A stretch of DNA of 64,000 nt from Octopus vulgaris. Lineage: Eukaryota. The stretch lies in the NCBI GenBank assembly GCA_951406725.2, contig OX597825.1:23808001-23872000 (forward strand), read 5' to 3'. The position numbers and the translations under genes were made by a program. The notes beneath the pieces were generated by a model. The model was not told the origin of the DNA, made no database searches, and saw only the letters and a program-made list of their open reading frames with translations. Below are positions 28,471 through 42,284 of this stretch, piece by piece; the first letter of the stretch is position 1, and the number at the start of each line of letters is the position of its first letter.

Positions 28471-29599
28471 TGAAAGAGAGAAAGAGACAGAGAGCATGTG
28501 AGTGTGACTAAGAAAGTGTAAAGGAAATGGTTGAAAGTTAAAGGTAAAAACAATAAAATAAATCCGAAAGAAAATCAAACAAAATTAGTTGTTGAGAGAG
28601 AAAAAGAAAAGCTGAGACTTAGTAGGAATATTGTTTACAATGCAGCAAAAAAAAAAAATAATAATAGCAATAATAATAATAATAACAACAACAACAGCAA
28701 CAATAATAATAATGATAATAATAATTCAATTGAGAATCTAGTGTAAAAAAGCAAATATTCCTTCCTACACAAGAAGACAGAATTCTAAAAGAATTATTAG
28801 GAATCCGTCTGGCTGACGTGATCTCTGAGAAATGGTATAATTTCACTTTAAGTCTATGCAAATGAAATCTAAAAGATGCAAAAATACGATAAAAAAAAAC
28901 GACAAAATATAAATAAAAAAAAGAGCAAGCACGGCGACTACAACTACCCTCTTCTATTGCCCTATAATATAAACTCACAGAGATTCCGTTGCTGTAACAG
29001 GCCCTATAGATTTATACAACAAATAATTCATTTTCTGTTCGATATATACTATCAGAACGAACGTTGAACAAAATAGAAGAGATATTATTGTCAGTATTCC
29101 AAGAGAGAGAGATTTTTCATACCCAACCGCCCTTGCTTCGTTCCATGATGCCAATAAAATAATAAACAAATAAACAAAGAAATATAAAAAAAAAAAAGAT
29201 AAAGAAATATGTAAATAATGGAAGAAACAAAAATTGGTTTGGCAACTTGTTTAGGATTGAGCAATAAATCATTCCGTGTAAAGAATTTTTTTTTTTTGTT
29301 TTTGTTCTGTTCAACCCCAGGCCGGCCGGCCCACACCCCTCGTCCGCCGCTCTGCCGCAGTATTGGACAATTCTGAGATTCCCGTTACATTGATTGTGAA
29401 CTTTGTAAACGATGTGGAAAATATTAAATGGAAACAGGGTATGAAAGCATGTGGTGTGTTTGACTTTCTGGCTGACTGCATGTCTGTCCGCCTGTCTGTT
29501 TGCCTGTCTGTCTGTCTGTCTGTCTGTATGTCCGTTTGTATCTATGTATGTATTTATGGCTGTAAGTACGTCTATGTATACAGATGGATAGATGTTTGC

Positions 29600-30168
29600 A
29601 TGTATGTACATGCATATCTATTATGTCTGTATCTGTGTGTATTATGTAGTCGGCTGTATATGTATATCATTGTTCAGTTTTATTTCAAGATTTCTTGCCA
29701 ATAGAGAAAGAACCGGTTTCTAACCAAGATCCAAGGCTCCTTCATTGGAATTTAAACATCAAAAAGAGGGCATTTTTGTTTGTATGTATGTATCTATGTA
29801 TGTATGTATGTATATGTGCAGATTTGTACGCTTTGTTTTATGTATGTATTCTCATACATTTAGTTGCATATCTAGACATGCTCATATATATTTAAATGAT
29901 AAACTTCTGGAACGTTTTACAGATTTTCACAGTTCCAGTGATGGATTATATCTGTAGTCTTTGAATTAGCTTTCTCTTTTCTGGTTTTAAGAAGCCTAAT
30001 TTCACAAGATTGTTATTTAAACAATGTTACATATCCCAGAACCCCAATAATTACAGGTATAAACCTGAACTTGTAATCTGGAAAGAGTAACTGTAGATTT
30101 TTCAATAGTTCAACATAGGTATTCTCTTTTTCACTGATCTTCAGCTTTGTGTTAACATCCGCTCGGTA
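29600..30168 (-). mobile_element. 3' end of an RLE-clade non-LTR retrotransposon plus a (TACA)n-rich 3' UTR
   Basis: Reads ADVNTKLKISEKENTYVELLKNLQLLFPDYKFRFIPVIIGVLGYVT...TGTVKICKTFQKFII*. A UTR segment recurs at 30920-31035 and inverted at 34410-34580. Confidence 0.75.
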
Positions 30169-30171
30169 GTT

Positions 30172-30567
30172 AAGCGACAGTCGAACCAATTCTACTATAT
30201 GGCTCGGAAACCTGGACGTTATCAAAGAAGCTTGAGAGGCGGTTGGATGGAACCTACACTCGCCTCCTTATGAGAGCTCAAAATCTCTCGTGGAGACGCC
30301 ATCAACCAAAATGCAAATATATGGGTAACTACCAGTTTGCTGGACATTGTTATAGAGCTGAAAAAAAGTAATTTCTACTCTTCTCCTCTGGAAGCTATCT
30401 ACTCGCAATACCAGAGGGCGCACACTCTCCTACCCTGATGTAATCTCCAGGGATACAGGCATCCAGCAACAGGACCTCCATAATGCCATGATGGACCGTG
30501 AAGTCTGGCGTAGCATGTTAAATTCCATTGTCTCGACCACGGTCGAACAATGATGATGATGATGATG
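30172..30567 (+). mobile_element. RTE-clade LINE 3' end with (TGA)n tail
   Basis: Reads ATVEPILLYGSETWTLSKKLERRLDGTYTRLLMRAQNLSW...FAGHCYR...RGRTLSYPDVISRDTG...AMMDREVWR. Confidence 0.9.
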
Positions 30568-31704
30568 TATTTATTATGTATGCATGTGTATGTATATGCA
30601 TGCGTGTGTATAGATGGCTTAATGTTTTTATGTTTGTATGTCTGTATGTCTGTATGCATGTATGTCTGTATGTATATTTGTATATGTTGACGTCTGCACG
30701 TATGGCAGAGTATACAGGCATATTTATGGATGAATGGGTGGATGGACAGACGTGAAGATGGATGAGGATATTTGTATATATGCAAGTATGTGTATATGGA
30801 CAGATTGGTGTATGTTTGAATGTATTTATGTATAAATAAATTGATAGATAAATTTGAGAGTTGGTGGATTTGTGGATGTATGTATGTATGATTTATGTAT
30901 GTATGTATCTATGTATGTCAACTTTCTGTTTTATTTCAAGAGTTATTGCCAATAAAGAAAGAGCAGGTCTCTAACCTAGATCAAAGGCTCTTTGATTGGA
31001 ATTTCAACAACATCAACAGGGTATTTTTGTACGTACGTATGTATGTATGTATGTATGTATGTATGTATGTATGTATGTATGTATGTATGTATGTATGTAT
31101 GTATGTATGTATGTATGCATGCTTGTATGTATGTATGTATGTATGTATGTATGTATGTATGTATGTATGTATGTATGTATTATGTATGTTTGATGGGTGG
31201 AATGATAGCTGGATAGATTATTTAACCTGTATATGTTATTTTCTTTTGCGGAAATTATAAGGAACTTTTGTTGAAGTTAAAAACAGCTCTCAAGGTTTGA
31301 GAACCTGTGGATCGTTAAGGTGTTCATATAGACCATGCTCATGTCATTTTAGTGCATTACATTACATGACTCATTACTGGTGTATTTTTACTGGTTATAT
31401 TTTTCCGAATTTCACTGGGAAAAGTTCCGTTTTCTAGAAACAAAACTCTTTCGTTAGATGCAGGTTCTATTCTAGGGTCAGTCCTCGACTGAAGTCCTAG
31501 AGCTCCTCAGTTAAAATCGAAATAACTTTCTAATTTTGGCAACGACGACGAAAAAAGTGGTCGGCGCTAAATTGTGGCGGTTGCTATACCGTACGTGCCA
31601 TTCGAAAGCTACATATATGCAATAAGGAACATGTCAGTCTAAAAGCACCGGGAGAAATGTGACACTCAGGATTTTATAGTCACTATCGGGCACCAGCAGG
31701 GTTG

Positions 31705-31940
31705 ATTGGATTAGTGGTTAGGATGTTGGACTCATGATCGTAAGATTGTGGTTTCGATTCTCGGACCAGGCGACGCGTTGTGTTCTTAAGCAAAACACTT
31801 CATTTCATGTTGCTCCGGTCCACTCAGCTGGCAAAGGCGAGCAGTCCTGGGGCGGATTGGCATCCTGTCCAAGTGGGGAATACGTACGTATTGGAAACCG
31901 AAAAGCCGGCCTTATGAGTCTATATGAATCGGAAAAGAAC
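31705..31940 (+). mobile_element. SINE family D-related copy, diverged
   Basis: agtggttagg..ggtttcgattc head followed by gtgttcttaagcaaaacacttcatttcatgttgctccggtccactcagctg. Confidence 0.75.
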
Positions 31941-32074
31941 ACTACATTCTGCGAGGCAACAGAGTGCGACATCAGCAATTTGCCCGTCTAGAAAGCCTTT
32001 CGTGTATTAAAATGAAGCTCCTCAAACAACAAAATACCAGTTTCGCGACGCAGATCTTTTATTGTAACAATACC

Positions 32075-32304
32075 TATTTCTTTATTACCCACAAGGGGCT
32101 AAACACAGAGGGGACAAACAACGACAGACATAGGTATTAAGTCGATTATATCGACCCCAGTGCGTAACTGGTACTTAATTTATCGACCCCGAAAGGATGA
32201 AAGGCAAAGTCGACCTCGGCGGAATTTGAACTCACAACGTAACGCAGACGAAATACCGTAAAGCATTTCGCCCGGCGTGCTAACGTTTCTGCCAGCTCGC
32301 CGCC
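32075..32304 (-). mobile_element. SINE family B, young full-length copy
   Basis: 16-bp TSD ttattgtaacaatacc at 32059-32074 and 32309-32324. Confidence 0.93.
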
Positions 32305-32603
32305 ATAATTATTGTAACAATACCATATAGCGCATGTCTCAGTACCACCATTTCATATGCATGTGAGGAAAAAACACCAGCTCAACACCATTCTTCATGT
32401 TCTCCCTACGAAGATGTATTAATCCTAAATATAGAAATATAAGATAAAGTGCAAAGTGTTGTTTTGTTCTCCTTACTTCCGTTTACATTCCAATATTTCA
32501 ATTTGCATTGCTGTAGGTTTTTGAGCAATTCCAATCTTAATACATAATATGACAGAATTGTTCCAATGAAACTACGTTATGATTATGTGTTTATATACAT
32601 ACA

Positions 32604-32635
<32 letters not shown>

Positions 32636-32655
32636 CATATATATCTATATATCTA

Positions 32656-32780
<125 letters not shown>

Positions 32781-32789
32781 GTCTATCTG

Positions 32790-32822
<33 letters not shown>

Positions 32823-32858
32823 ATACATAATAAATAAATATATATATATATATATAAT

Positions 32859-32911
<53 letters not shown>

Positions 32912-32972
32912 ATGTATGTATATATGTATGTATACAGATAGATATAGGTATACATGCATACATATATACATA

Positions 32973-33017
<45 letters not shown>

Positions 33018-33983
33018 GTACATCTATATATATATATACATTTATATATATTTATATGTATATTTATGTAAATAGACAGATATAGATATACATACATATA
33101 TTTATGCATATATATGCAGATTTATGTATATATATATATATTTATATACACACATATCCGTATATCTATAGATATACACATACATAGATAAACATATATA
33201 TATATATATGTGTGTGTGTGCGTGTGTGTGAGTGTGTGTGTGTGTGTGTGTGTGTCCATACATAAGTATTTATTCAATTTTCATAACACAAGTAGGTACA
33301 CGTATTCAACAAACATTCCTCTTCCATTTTACAAAAAATATATTCAGCCTAATATTTAAATCGAAACTCGCTGAATTAAATAAAAAAAGGAAAATTTATC
33401 TCCTATATGGACAGACGCTGAATATATTTTCGTATCTTATTACAGCACACGATATTTCGAAATCTAGTCCTGCGATTTGTATGAGTGTATGTGTCTGAGT
33501 AAATAGAATTCTATTCCTATTTCGTTTTCGATTTTCCTCTCACTGATTTGGTTATTGTGTAAACCGTTATTGCATTTCCATTGATACATTTCTATATAAA
33601 TTATTATTTGTCGTTCGCATAACTTGTAAATATCCCAGCATATATTCAAAATAACTCGCTGAAAAATAAAAATGAAACATTCAATTTTTTTTCTCCTATG
33701 CTGCTTCATAATTATTGATAGCATATATTGGACTTTTTCTTAGCTTCAGTAATTTCTCAAGTCTCCGTGGCAAGCATCGAAGCAAGCATTAAACGAAACA
33801 AACAAGCCTAGTTCAAGTCTACGTTAAACACATGGCTATTTTCCATTTTCAAAGATTTAGCACGAACTGTAGAAACCTACATCAAGTCTACTAATTCATC
33901 TGGTTTCTTTTATGCCAATAATAATGCCGTAGTTGACGTAGTTCTCCTTTCTTAAGATGCTATGCAATGGTATCGAACAGAAA

Positions 33984-34215
33984 AGGCGGTGGGCTTGCAA
34001 AATCGATAGCGCGATGGGCGAAATGCTTAGCGGTATTTCGTCTGCCGTTACGTTCTGAGTTCAAATTCCGCTGAGGTCGATTTTGCCTTTCATCCTTTCG
34101 GGGTTGATTAAATAGGTACCAGTTACGCACTGGGGTCGATATAATCGATTTAATCCGTTTGTCTGTCATTGTTTGTTCTCTCTGTGTTTAACCCCTTGTG
34201 GGTATTAAAGAAATA
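33984..34215 (+). mobile_element. SINE family B, full length
   Basis: 13-bp TSD ggtatcgaacaga at 33969-33981 and 34216-34228. Confidence 0.92.
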
Positions 34216-35420
34216 GGTATCGAACAGAGAAACCTGTAGCTTCCAGTTATTGACCTAACGTCTTCCTTTTAAGCATTTCAAAGACGATGCAAATGACAGT
34301 AAACAACCTTTCATAGCAAAGACAAATTGCTGAAAAGAGAGGTCTTTCGCATTTGTGCTGGTTGTTATGAGCTTTCTGGGAGGGAAGGAAAAATGAAATA
34401 GTTCACAATAAAAATATTCTTGTTTAGAAACCTGCTCTTCCTCCATTGACAAGAAATCTTGAAATAAAACTGAACATTGATATACATACACAGACGAATA
34501 CATAATACATACACGTACAGACATAATATATATGCACGTACATACATACAAGCATCTATCCATCTGTATCCATAGACGTACTTGTTTAAGCGCAAAAACT
34601 GAAGCTAGGTGATGGATGGGGATTAGTCAATTAAACCAACTCCAATAATTTCAAACATAGGAATCTGGCCCAAAAATTCCAAGGAGGGAACAGACATTTG
34701 TAAAGACTCCGTGACTTGGCTGATGTCTTATGTCTTTTCACTCTGACAGGAAAGGAAATCACTGTTTCGCTTTTGATTATGTTCTTGAGTAAAAATCTTC
34801 ATTCGTGTTCTACACCACTCGGCATCCAACTAGTGTCCCGTTTGGGAGGAATGTTGTTATCCCAGTCATTTATATGCCATGGAAAGCAGGTAAAAGGCTC
34901 CATAAATCCTGCGCCACAAGTTACTAATGTGCTGGCGCTGATGAGTGATTATTATGACGACGTTAGGATGAAAGGCAAAGGTGTTTTCGATGACATTTGA
35001 ATACAGAACGTATTTGAGCTCAGTAGAAACAAAACAAAAACGAAGCACAAACTTTAATCATTTTATCCAATACTCAAACGATTCTGCCAATTTATGTGAA
35101 ACTATTTATTTCATTTGTAAGTGTTTTTGTTTTTTTTTCTTTTCATATCAAAACTGATAAAGACATTAATCCACGATATAAAAGACAAGTAAACTTACTT
35201 GATCACAATGACATGATGAGATAAACGATCGACGACAACATAGCATGATATTACAGAATTATACAGACAGCATCTAATCAATTATATATGTCTATATCCT
35301 AACGCTTTACTGAGAGAGTAACATTAGCCGTAGTCAAAACTGAATACCCGTCCTCATCATTGAAGATGACGGAATGGTGTAGATACTGGTTATTGGCTCT
35401 CGCACACAACTAGATGGAGG

Positions 35421-35421
<1 letters not shown>

Positions 35422-35451
<30 letters not shown>

Positions 35452-35852
35452 CTTCTTCTTCTTCTTCTTCTACTACTACTACTACTTCTTCTTCTTCTTC
35501 TTCTTCTCCTTCTTCTTCTTCTCCTTCTTCTTCTCCTTCTTCTTCTTCTTCTTCTTCTCCTTCTTCTTCTCTTCTTCTTCTTCTTCTTCTTCTTCTTCTC
35601 CTTCTTCTTCTTCTTCTTCTTCTTCTTCTTCTCCTTCTTCTTCTTCTTCTTCTTCTTTTCTTCTTTTTCTTCTTCTTCTTCTTCTTCTTATTCTTCTTCT
35701 TCTTCTTCTTCTTCTTCTTCTTCTACTACTACTACTACTTCTACTTCTACTTCTTCTTCTTCTTCTTCTTCTGCTTCTACTTCTTCTTCTACTTCTACTT
35801 CTTCTTCTTCTTCTTCTTCTACTACTACTACTTCTACTTTTTCTTCTACTTC

Positions 35853-35884
<32 letters not shown>

Positions 35885-35957
35885 CTTCTACTACAACTAC
35901 TTCTACTTCTACTTCTTCTTCTTCTACTACTACTACTTCTACTTCTTCTTCTACTTC

Positions 35958-35988
<31 letters not shown>

Positions 35989-36023
35989 ACTACTACTACT
36001 TCTTCTTCTTCTTCTTCTTCTTC

Positions 36024-36055
<32 letters not shown>

Positions 36056-36220
36056 CTTCTTCTACTACTACTACTTCTACCTCTTCTTCTTCTTCTTCTT
36101 CTTCTTCTTCTTCTACTACTACTTCTACTTCTTCTACTTCTTCTACTTCTTCTACTACTACTTCTTCTTCTCCTTCTTCTTCTTCTCCTTCTTCTTCTTC
36201 TTCTTCTTCTCTTCTACTTC

Positions 36221-36252
<32 letters not shown>

Positions 36253-36619
36253 CTTCTCCTTCTTCTTCTTCTTCTTCTTCTTCTTCTTCTCTTCTACTTC
36301 TTCTTCTTCTTCTACTCCTTCTTCTTCTTCTTCTTCTTCTTCTCCTTCTTATTCTTCTTCTCCTTCTTCTTCTTCTTCTTCTTCTTCTCCTTCTTCTTCT
36401 TCTTCTTCTACTTCTTCTTCTTCTCCTTCTTCTTCTTCTTCTTCTTCTTCTTCTTCTCCTTCTCCTTCTTCTTCTTCTTCTTCTTCTTCTTCTTCTACTA
36501 CTACTACTACTTCTTCTTCTTCTCTTCTTCTTCTTCTTCTTCTTCTTCTTCTTCTTCTCTTCTTCTTCTTCTTCTTCTTCTTCTTCTTCTTCTTCTTCTT
36601 CTTCTTCTTCTTCTTCTTC
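35422..36619. repeat. 1.2-kb (CTT)n tract with CTA/CTC interruptions
   Basis: Read directly from the sequence. It accounts for the 432-aa F/S/L ORF. Confidence 0.97.
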
Positions 36620-37282
36620 CAGACGAACAAAATCTTTTTTTTTTATATATCACAGTTGTTTTCGGCAATTTATGCATATATTATCTGTACTAGGTATTAC
36701 AGGTTTTATTAATTACTTTCTTTAATTAAATTTACATAATTATAATTACTGACTCAGCAGTATTTGTTTTTTTTTTTTGTTGTATATCGATGTTGAACAT
36801 CAATGATTACAAACCAAGAAAAAGTTATTCGAAATTTAATAGTTCTGTGTCTTTCCTTGTCCTGTCACTACAAACGTATAATATTGTTATGTAATATCTG
36901 CTGTCGTTATATGACAGTTAAGATAACTGAATCTGTATATCGCTGAATTTACAGTATTAATGGCCGCCAGAAACAGACTAAAATCTAATCTTACATCGCC
37001 ATTTCTTTATAACCTGCTGGATGAAGGTCGTGTACATTTACTTAAGAAAACAACATTTGTTGATAGTCTAGGTTTAGATAGATGCTATTACGTAGTCATT
37101 CATTGTGACAATCTTGTGTTATTGCTTCAATTGTTTGTTTTGGTGAGTTTTTGTTCTTTAAATATATTTGAAGAAAATTGGAAACGTTAGAAAATCTTCC
37201 TTCATCGCCTCCTAAGAGTTCAAAGTATTGTAAAAACAACTCAGCATTCAGAGACCATCGGAGACCTATAGTGTAACTCTTA

Positions 37283-37908
37283 CAAGGCGGCGAATTGGCA
37301 GAACCGTTAGCACACCGGGCAAAATGCGTAGCCGTATTTCGTCTGCCGTTACGTTCTGAGTTCAAATTCCGCCGAGGTCGACTTTGCCTTTCATCCTTTC
37401 GGAGTCGATAAATTAAGTACCAGTTACGCAATGGGGTCGATGTAATCGACTTAATCCGTTTGTCTGTCCTTGTTTGTCCCCTCTATGATACTTATCTTTA
37501 TATATAAAAGTGAGGTTGTGTGCTGTCTGTCTCCTACGATTTAGATTCCTAACTACTCCCACGTTTTGCGGTGCAGTTTAACCAAAACCGGGTATCTTAT
37601 AGTCGTGATTCATATCGAGCCCTTCTGGGTATTAGCGCGCGTCTACGATGAGTCTACGATTTACAAAAAAATTTACCATCAATTTTTCCCATTTTTAATG
37701 CATTTTCGGCATATATAAGGGAAGTAACTCTCTAAAAATTTATTATTAAATCTCAGAACGTAAAAAGCTACAGTAACACCCCCCGCTTTGTGGTTAGCCA
37801 TATTGAGATGGCTATTATACTTTACATCTCTAAAAATGCTTATATAGTTATTTCCCTTACAAACCCGAGCAACGCCGGGCGATACTGCTAGTGGGTAATA
37901 AAAAACAC
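37283..37908 (+). mobile_element. SINE family B split by a Helitron
   Basis: 15-bp TSD atagtgtaactctta at 37268-37282 and 37909-37923. The SINE tail tgggtaataa resumes at 37892. Confidence 0.88.
37495..37891 (+). mobile_element. non-autonomous Helitron
   Basis: Inserted at A|T with no TSD, 5' TC, and a 3' hairpin CCCG-agcaacgc-CGGG followed by CTAG. The 3' end is shared with 54339-54713. Confidence 0.9.
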
Positions 37909-38094
37909 ATAGTGTAACTCTTAGCAATTCCGTGCAATTTAGCGAAGATCCCGTGATTTTGTATAGCAGTGATTGTATTGTCCACTATGTTGTTCTTCCT
38001 TAAGATGGTATTATGCAATTGAATGGGAAGTTGAGCGCTTCTTCGCAGGTTCATCGGATTTCTATTTGTCAAGCAAGAGGAGTGTTCTTTTATC

Positions 38095-38440
38095 GTCTAC
38101 TTGTTTCAGTCATTCGGCAACGGCCATGCTGGGGCATCGCCTTCAAGACATTTTTAGTTGAACGAATCAAACCCAGTACTTTTTTGAAAACCTGGTACTT
38201 ATTCTATCGGTCTCTTTTACAGAACTGCTACGCGTTTAAGTCCCTGGCTCTCAAGCGATGGTAAGAGACAAACACAGAAGCACGAATACAGACAGACAAA
38301 CACACATACACACACACGACAGGCTTCTCTCAGTTTCCATCTACCAAATCCACCGAGTCTATAGAGGCCGCACAGTGCGATTGAACCCAGAACCATGTGG
38401 TCTGGAAGCAAGCTTCTTACCACTCAACCTCGCCTGTGCC
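38095..38440 (-). mobile_element. SINE family A, diverged with internal deletions
   Basis: Colinear with other family A copies. Confidence 0.8.
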
Positions 38441-38749
38441 TATCAATAATATTTTCCTAAATGTCTGAATTTGAATAAGTGTATATAGAGTAACCCTCCT
38501 ACATTACTGGATCTCTAAATATACTTAATCGGAGCTGGAATCATGTATTTGTAAACCAAACTCCTTAACCAAGCATCCATGCCTATACCCGGTTTTATAA
38601 AAATACTGCTCTCATTCATCAGAATTTATTTTGGTTTTTGTAAATTCGTAAATTAATGATGATTCGTCGTATCTGTTCAACGAGTCAAACACTGAACCTG
38701 TAGATAGTGGCGCGACCTGCCAGACAATATAGACGAAATTCCTTCAAAT

Positions 38750-38845
38750 GACGCCATACTGCTTGAGAAAGAGAAAATAATAATTGTATCCAAAATAAAG
38801 TAGCTCTGTACATCCAAATCCTTGAAACAAAGATGAGGAAAATCA
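38750..38845 (+). mobile_element. C-terminal remnant of a Penelope-like GIY-YIG endonuclease
   Basis: With frameshifts it reads AILLEKEK....SKIK-ALYIQ...L-NKDE, resembling the IL..E.....KIKEAxYI.....LNxD.G ending. A hammerhead-like motif follows about 100 nt later. Confidence 0.55.
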
Positions 38846-38942
38846 AAGATGTGTTTGGTTGTGTTAAGAAGAATGCTTACCACCATTTAATATTTAATAC
38901 ATAAGTACCAGTTGTCAAGAATGTGTTCAATACATAAAGGAG

Positions 38943-38983
38943 GTACTGATGAAAGAGCAATAAATCTTGAAATGTGCATGTAC
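38943..38983 (+). ncRNA. decayed minimal hammerhead ribozyme
   Basis: Reads gta-CTGATGA-AAGA-gcaataaa-TCTT-GAAA-tgtgcat-g-tac. Position 17 is G, so it is probably inactive. Confidence 0.55.
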
Positions 38984-39979
38984 ATCCATTACCTATTTTT
39001 TCAGGCATCGATCGTATTGTTTACATAGACGTATTCGTATACGAAACGTCGTAACTTTCAATACTGGCTCTAAATTCAATAAGATATCTGTACAGATAAC
39101 TTAAAACAACGATAGCATGACAACAACAACATCAACACAACTTCCTCTTCAGCCACTAAATAATACCATTGAAGTCCTGTAACAATATAGTTTAAATTTT
39201 CTTTCCCATCTTTGGAATATATTACCATTCGTCCAAGTGTTCGGTATTAGGATTCATCTTTCATTCGTTTTACTATCTGTTTACTACCGGTCACCTTTTA
39301 CATTCCTTTTACTATCGTTTTATATTTGGACTCTTTTACCAAACCCTAAGTTACAGGGATACAAACAAACCAACACCGGTTGATAAGCAGTAGAAACACA
39401 CACACACACACAGATGACCGCTTTCCAACCAGAATTACCGCCGACCACATTCATTCACAAGGCTTTGCACCTTTCGGGATTATAGTGCCACTCACTACTA
39501 CGGAATTGGAAAGGACGTGGCTACAGCAATTCCTGAGCCTACAGCTTTTCCTTAACATTCTTATTTCTATTAATGCAATATTTTCGTTATGTTCCTCATT
39601 ACTATTAATATTAAAATTTATTAATAAGTAAAGGAGAGATTGAATTAACAGTACTAGTAGAATAAACTATTGCTTTGGTGTTTGGCTGCACTCCTTTATG
39701 GGCTAATTTCGAATCTCACCAATATATACTTTGATTTTTAATATTTCTAGAATTCATAAAACAAGTACAAGTTCAGTAGTGACATTATAATCGATTACCC
39801 CTGCCAACCCCACTTCACGAGTGTGACGCTGTTGCTTTGCTAGAAATCAACATCGCTGTTACCACTATGATTTATTATACGCATCGTATTTCTCTTATAC
39901 ATAATGTTATTAAATACATTGCTTCGATTTCTAACTCCGTCGACCAATGTCTTCTGATATGGCTAAATATTTGCTTATC

Positions 39980-40225
39980 ATCCTTATTCGAACATATAAC
40001 TCGGCTATCGGAGCACAGGCAGCTACACACGGCATTGACATGAATAACGGCTGGGAGCAAAGGAGGAAGAGGAAGAACGCCCCAAATCTGGCGCAATGCT
40101 CTCCGCGAGGACTTACAGGAGCTGCAGTTGATCCACAATGGTGTAAAAACGGCTGCAGCAGATCGCACTCAGTGGAGGCAACACTCCGCTCAATGTTCCG
40201 TTAGGAACAGGAGAAACTAAGAGTA
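39980..40225 (+). mobile_element. RTE-like LINE 3' end, old
   Basis: Reads LFEHITRLSEHRQLHTALT*..GSKGGRGRTPQIWRNALREDL...AAADRTQWR..AQC. Confidence 0.75.
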
Positions 40226-40947
40226 AGATATCTTTATTGAATCTCTTAAATAAAGCATCAGTAATTACTATTGTTGGTATAAATATAAATCCTGCTCAAA
40301 CCATCTTTGGATTCCATCTGTTGTATGGGCGCCCCCAGACGATGAAGTAGGCGAGTCCAATACGTAGATATAGAGGGAGAAGTCTAGACGTCAAGGTAGA
40401 CTAGTCAGAGTTGAGTAGAGAAGAGTTGAATAGAAGGCATTCGAACGTGCGACATAACAGTGGCGAAGAGAGAGCCGAATAGAGTAGTTGAGATTAGAGT
40501 AGAGTAGAGTAGCAGTCGGAGGAGAGTCGAGTTGAGTAGAAGGAATCCGAACGTGCGACATAATACCAACCCAGCCCTTTCAATAAAATAATTCCAATTA
40601 TATACTTGCTGGTATTTTTCGCAACTGCAATGTTTCATTGTTCAGTTCACGTAAAAAAAAAATAGAGTTCCTTATTATTTTGGAAAAGCCGATAGAACAG
40701 AAACAAATATGTCATGTCTTAAGAATTAACTTGCCGTATTTCGAGTTGCCGTTGAGTAAGGGACAGATAAACGTAATCAGGTGAAATGGTTACAAATGTT
40801 TAAACACAGTGCTTCATGGCGGGAAAATGTTCTATTCTATACCTGAGAAGTAGAAGCAGATGACGTTAATGTATAAACGACAGAGTTTCGTAAACTACGA
40901 AGCTGAACTAAGTGAAAACCAGTTGCAGGGTGCATGGCAAAATGTCC

Positions 40948-40990
<43 letters not shown>

Positions 40991-41285
40991 TACACGCGTC
41001 AAAGTCTTGCAGTGATGATGCGAAAATAAATAGTTTATGAAAATGTGCCGTTACACATACACATATATACATAAGACATATATATATAGAGAGAAAGGTA
41101 CATATACTCACATACATGTCTACATGTTTATATATACATATATACATAAAACATACATAAAACATATATACATACATATATATATATATACATAGATACA
41201 TACATAAATATACCAACATACACACACACACATATGATATACATAGAATATATACATTCATATACCCATATATATAAATACATAC

Positions 41286-41342
<57 letters not shown>

Positions 41343-41376
41343 CGTATACGCACGCACACACACGTACACGCACACT

Positions 41377-41411
<35 letters not shown>

Positions 41412-42058
41412 GCATAAAACACATATGTATATAGATACATATACCGATATGCGTATATACATATACATATACAAATACATACACACATGCTCACACACAC
41501 ATATATATGATTTCGCGTGTGCATATCTGTGTGTGCCGTGTGTTCTCTTGGATATTATATTAAGTAAGCCATTCGAGTGCTCTCTGCTTCGTCCGACTTA
41601 CGTCAATCTCGTTAAAATGGAATTATTACAGCGCTGCGAGATAGCATGGGGTGTGCGTGGACTATTGCAGTTTGTAGATTTTTATTGCTTTGAAACATGC
41701 TTTCATAAGGTTAGTAGTTTGGAGGACTGGTGTTAAAGCAAATGTATTAAAGCAAACGGGAGATGTGATTTATGAGCCTCCAATTTACGTCATAAATGAG
41801 CGGTGATGGAGACAGTTTATCAGCAGGATAAGGAAATTTAATAAATATCCCTACGTTATATACTTCTTGCGCACGCACGTGAATATACGAGCAGAGGAGA
41901 TATCGCAAACAGTTGAGAAACCTATACATGCAGATACACACATACGCACACACACACACGCACACACACAAACTCTCACACACATTGATATACATGCATA
42001 CATACATGCACAAACACATATATACACACACGCATACAGACTGTCCTTCATTTCACAC

Positions 42059-42099
<41 letters not shown>

Positions 42100-42140
42100 A
42101 CTTTTACGGTAGTGTAAATCCGTGTATGCATATATATATA

Positions 42141-42208
<68 letters not shown>

Positions 42209-42230
42209 CATGCGTGTGTGTGTGTATGTA

Positions 42231-42284
<54 letters not shown>

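Noticed and set aside
35414-36712. 432-aa ORF, and the many YI/CV/LS/N/K-rich ORFs in the track
   Set aside because: These are translations of microsatellites with no real protein complexity.
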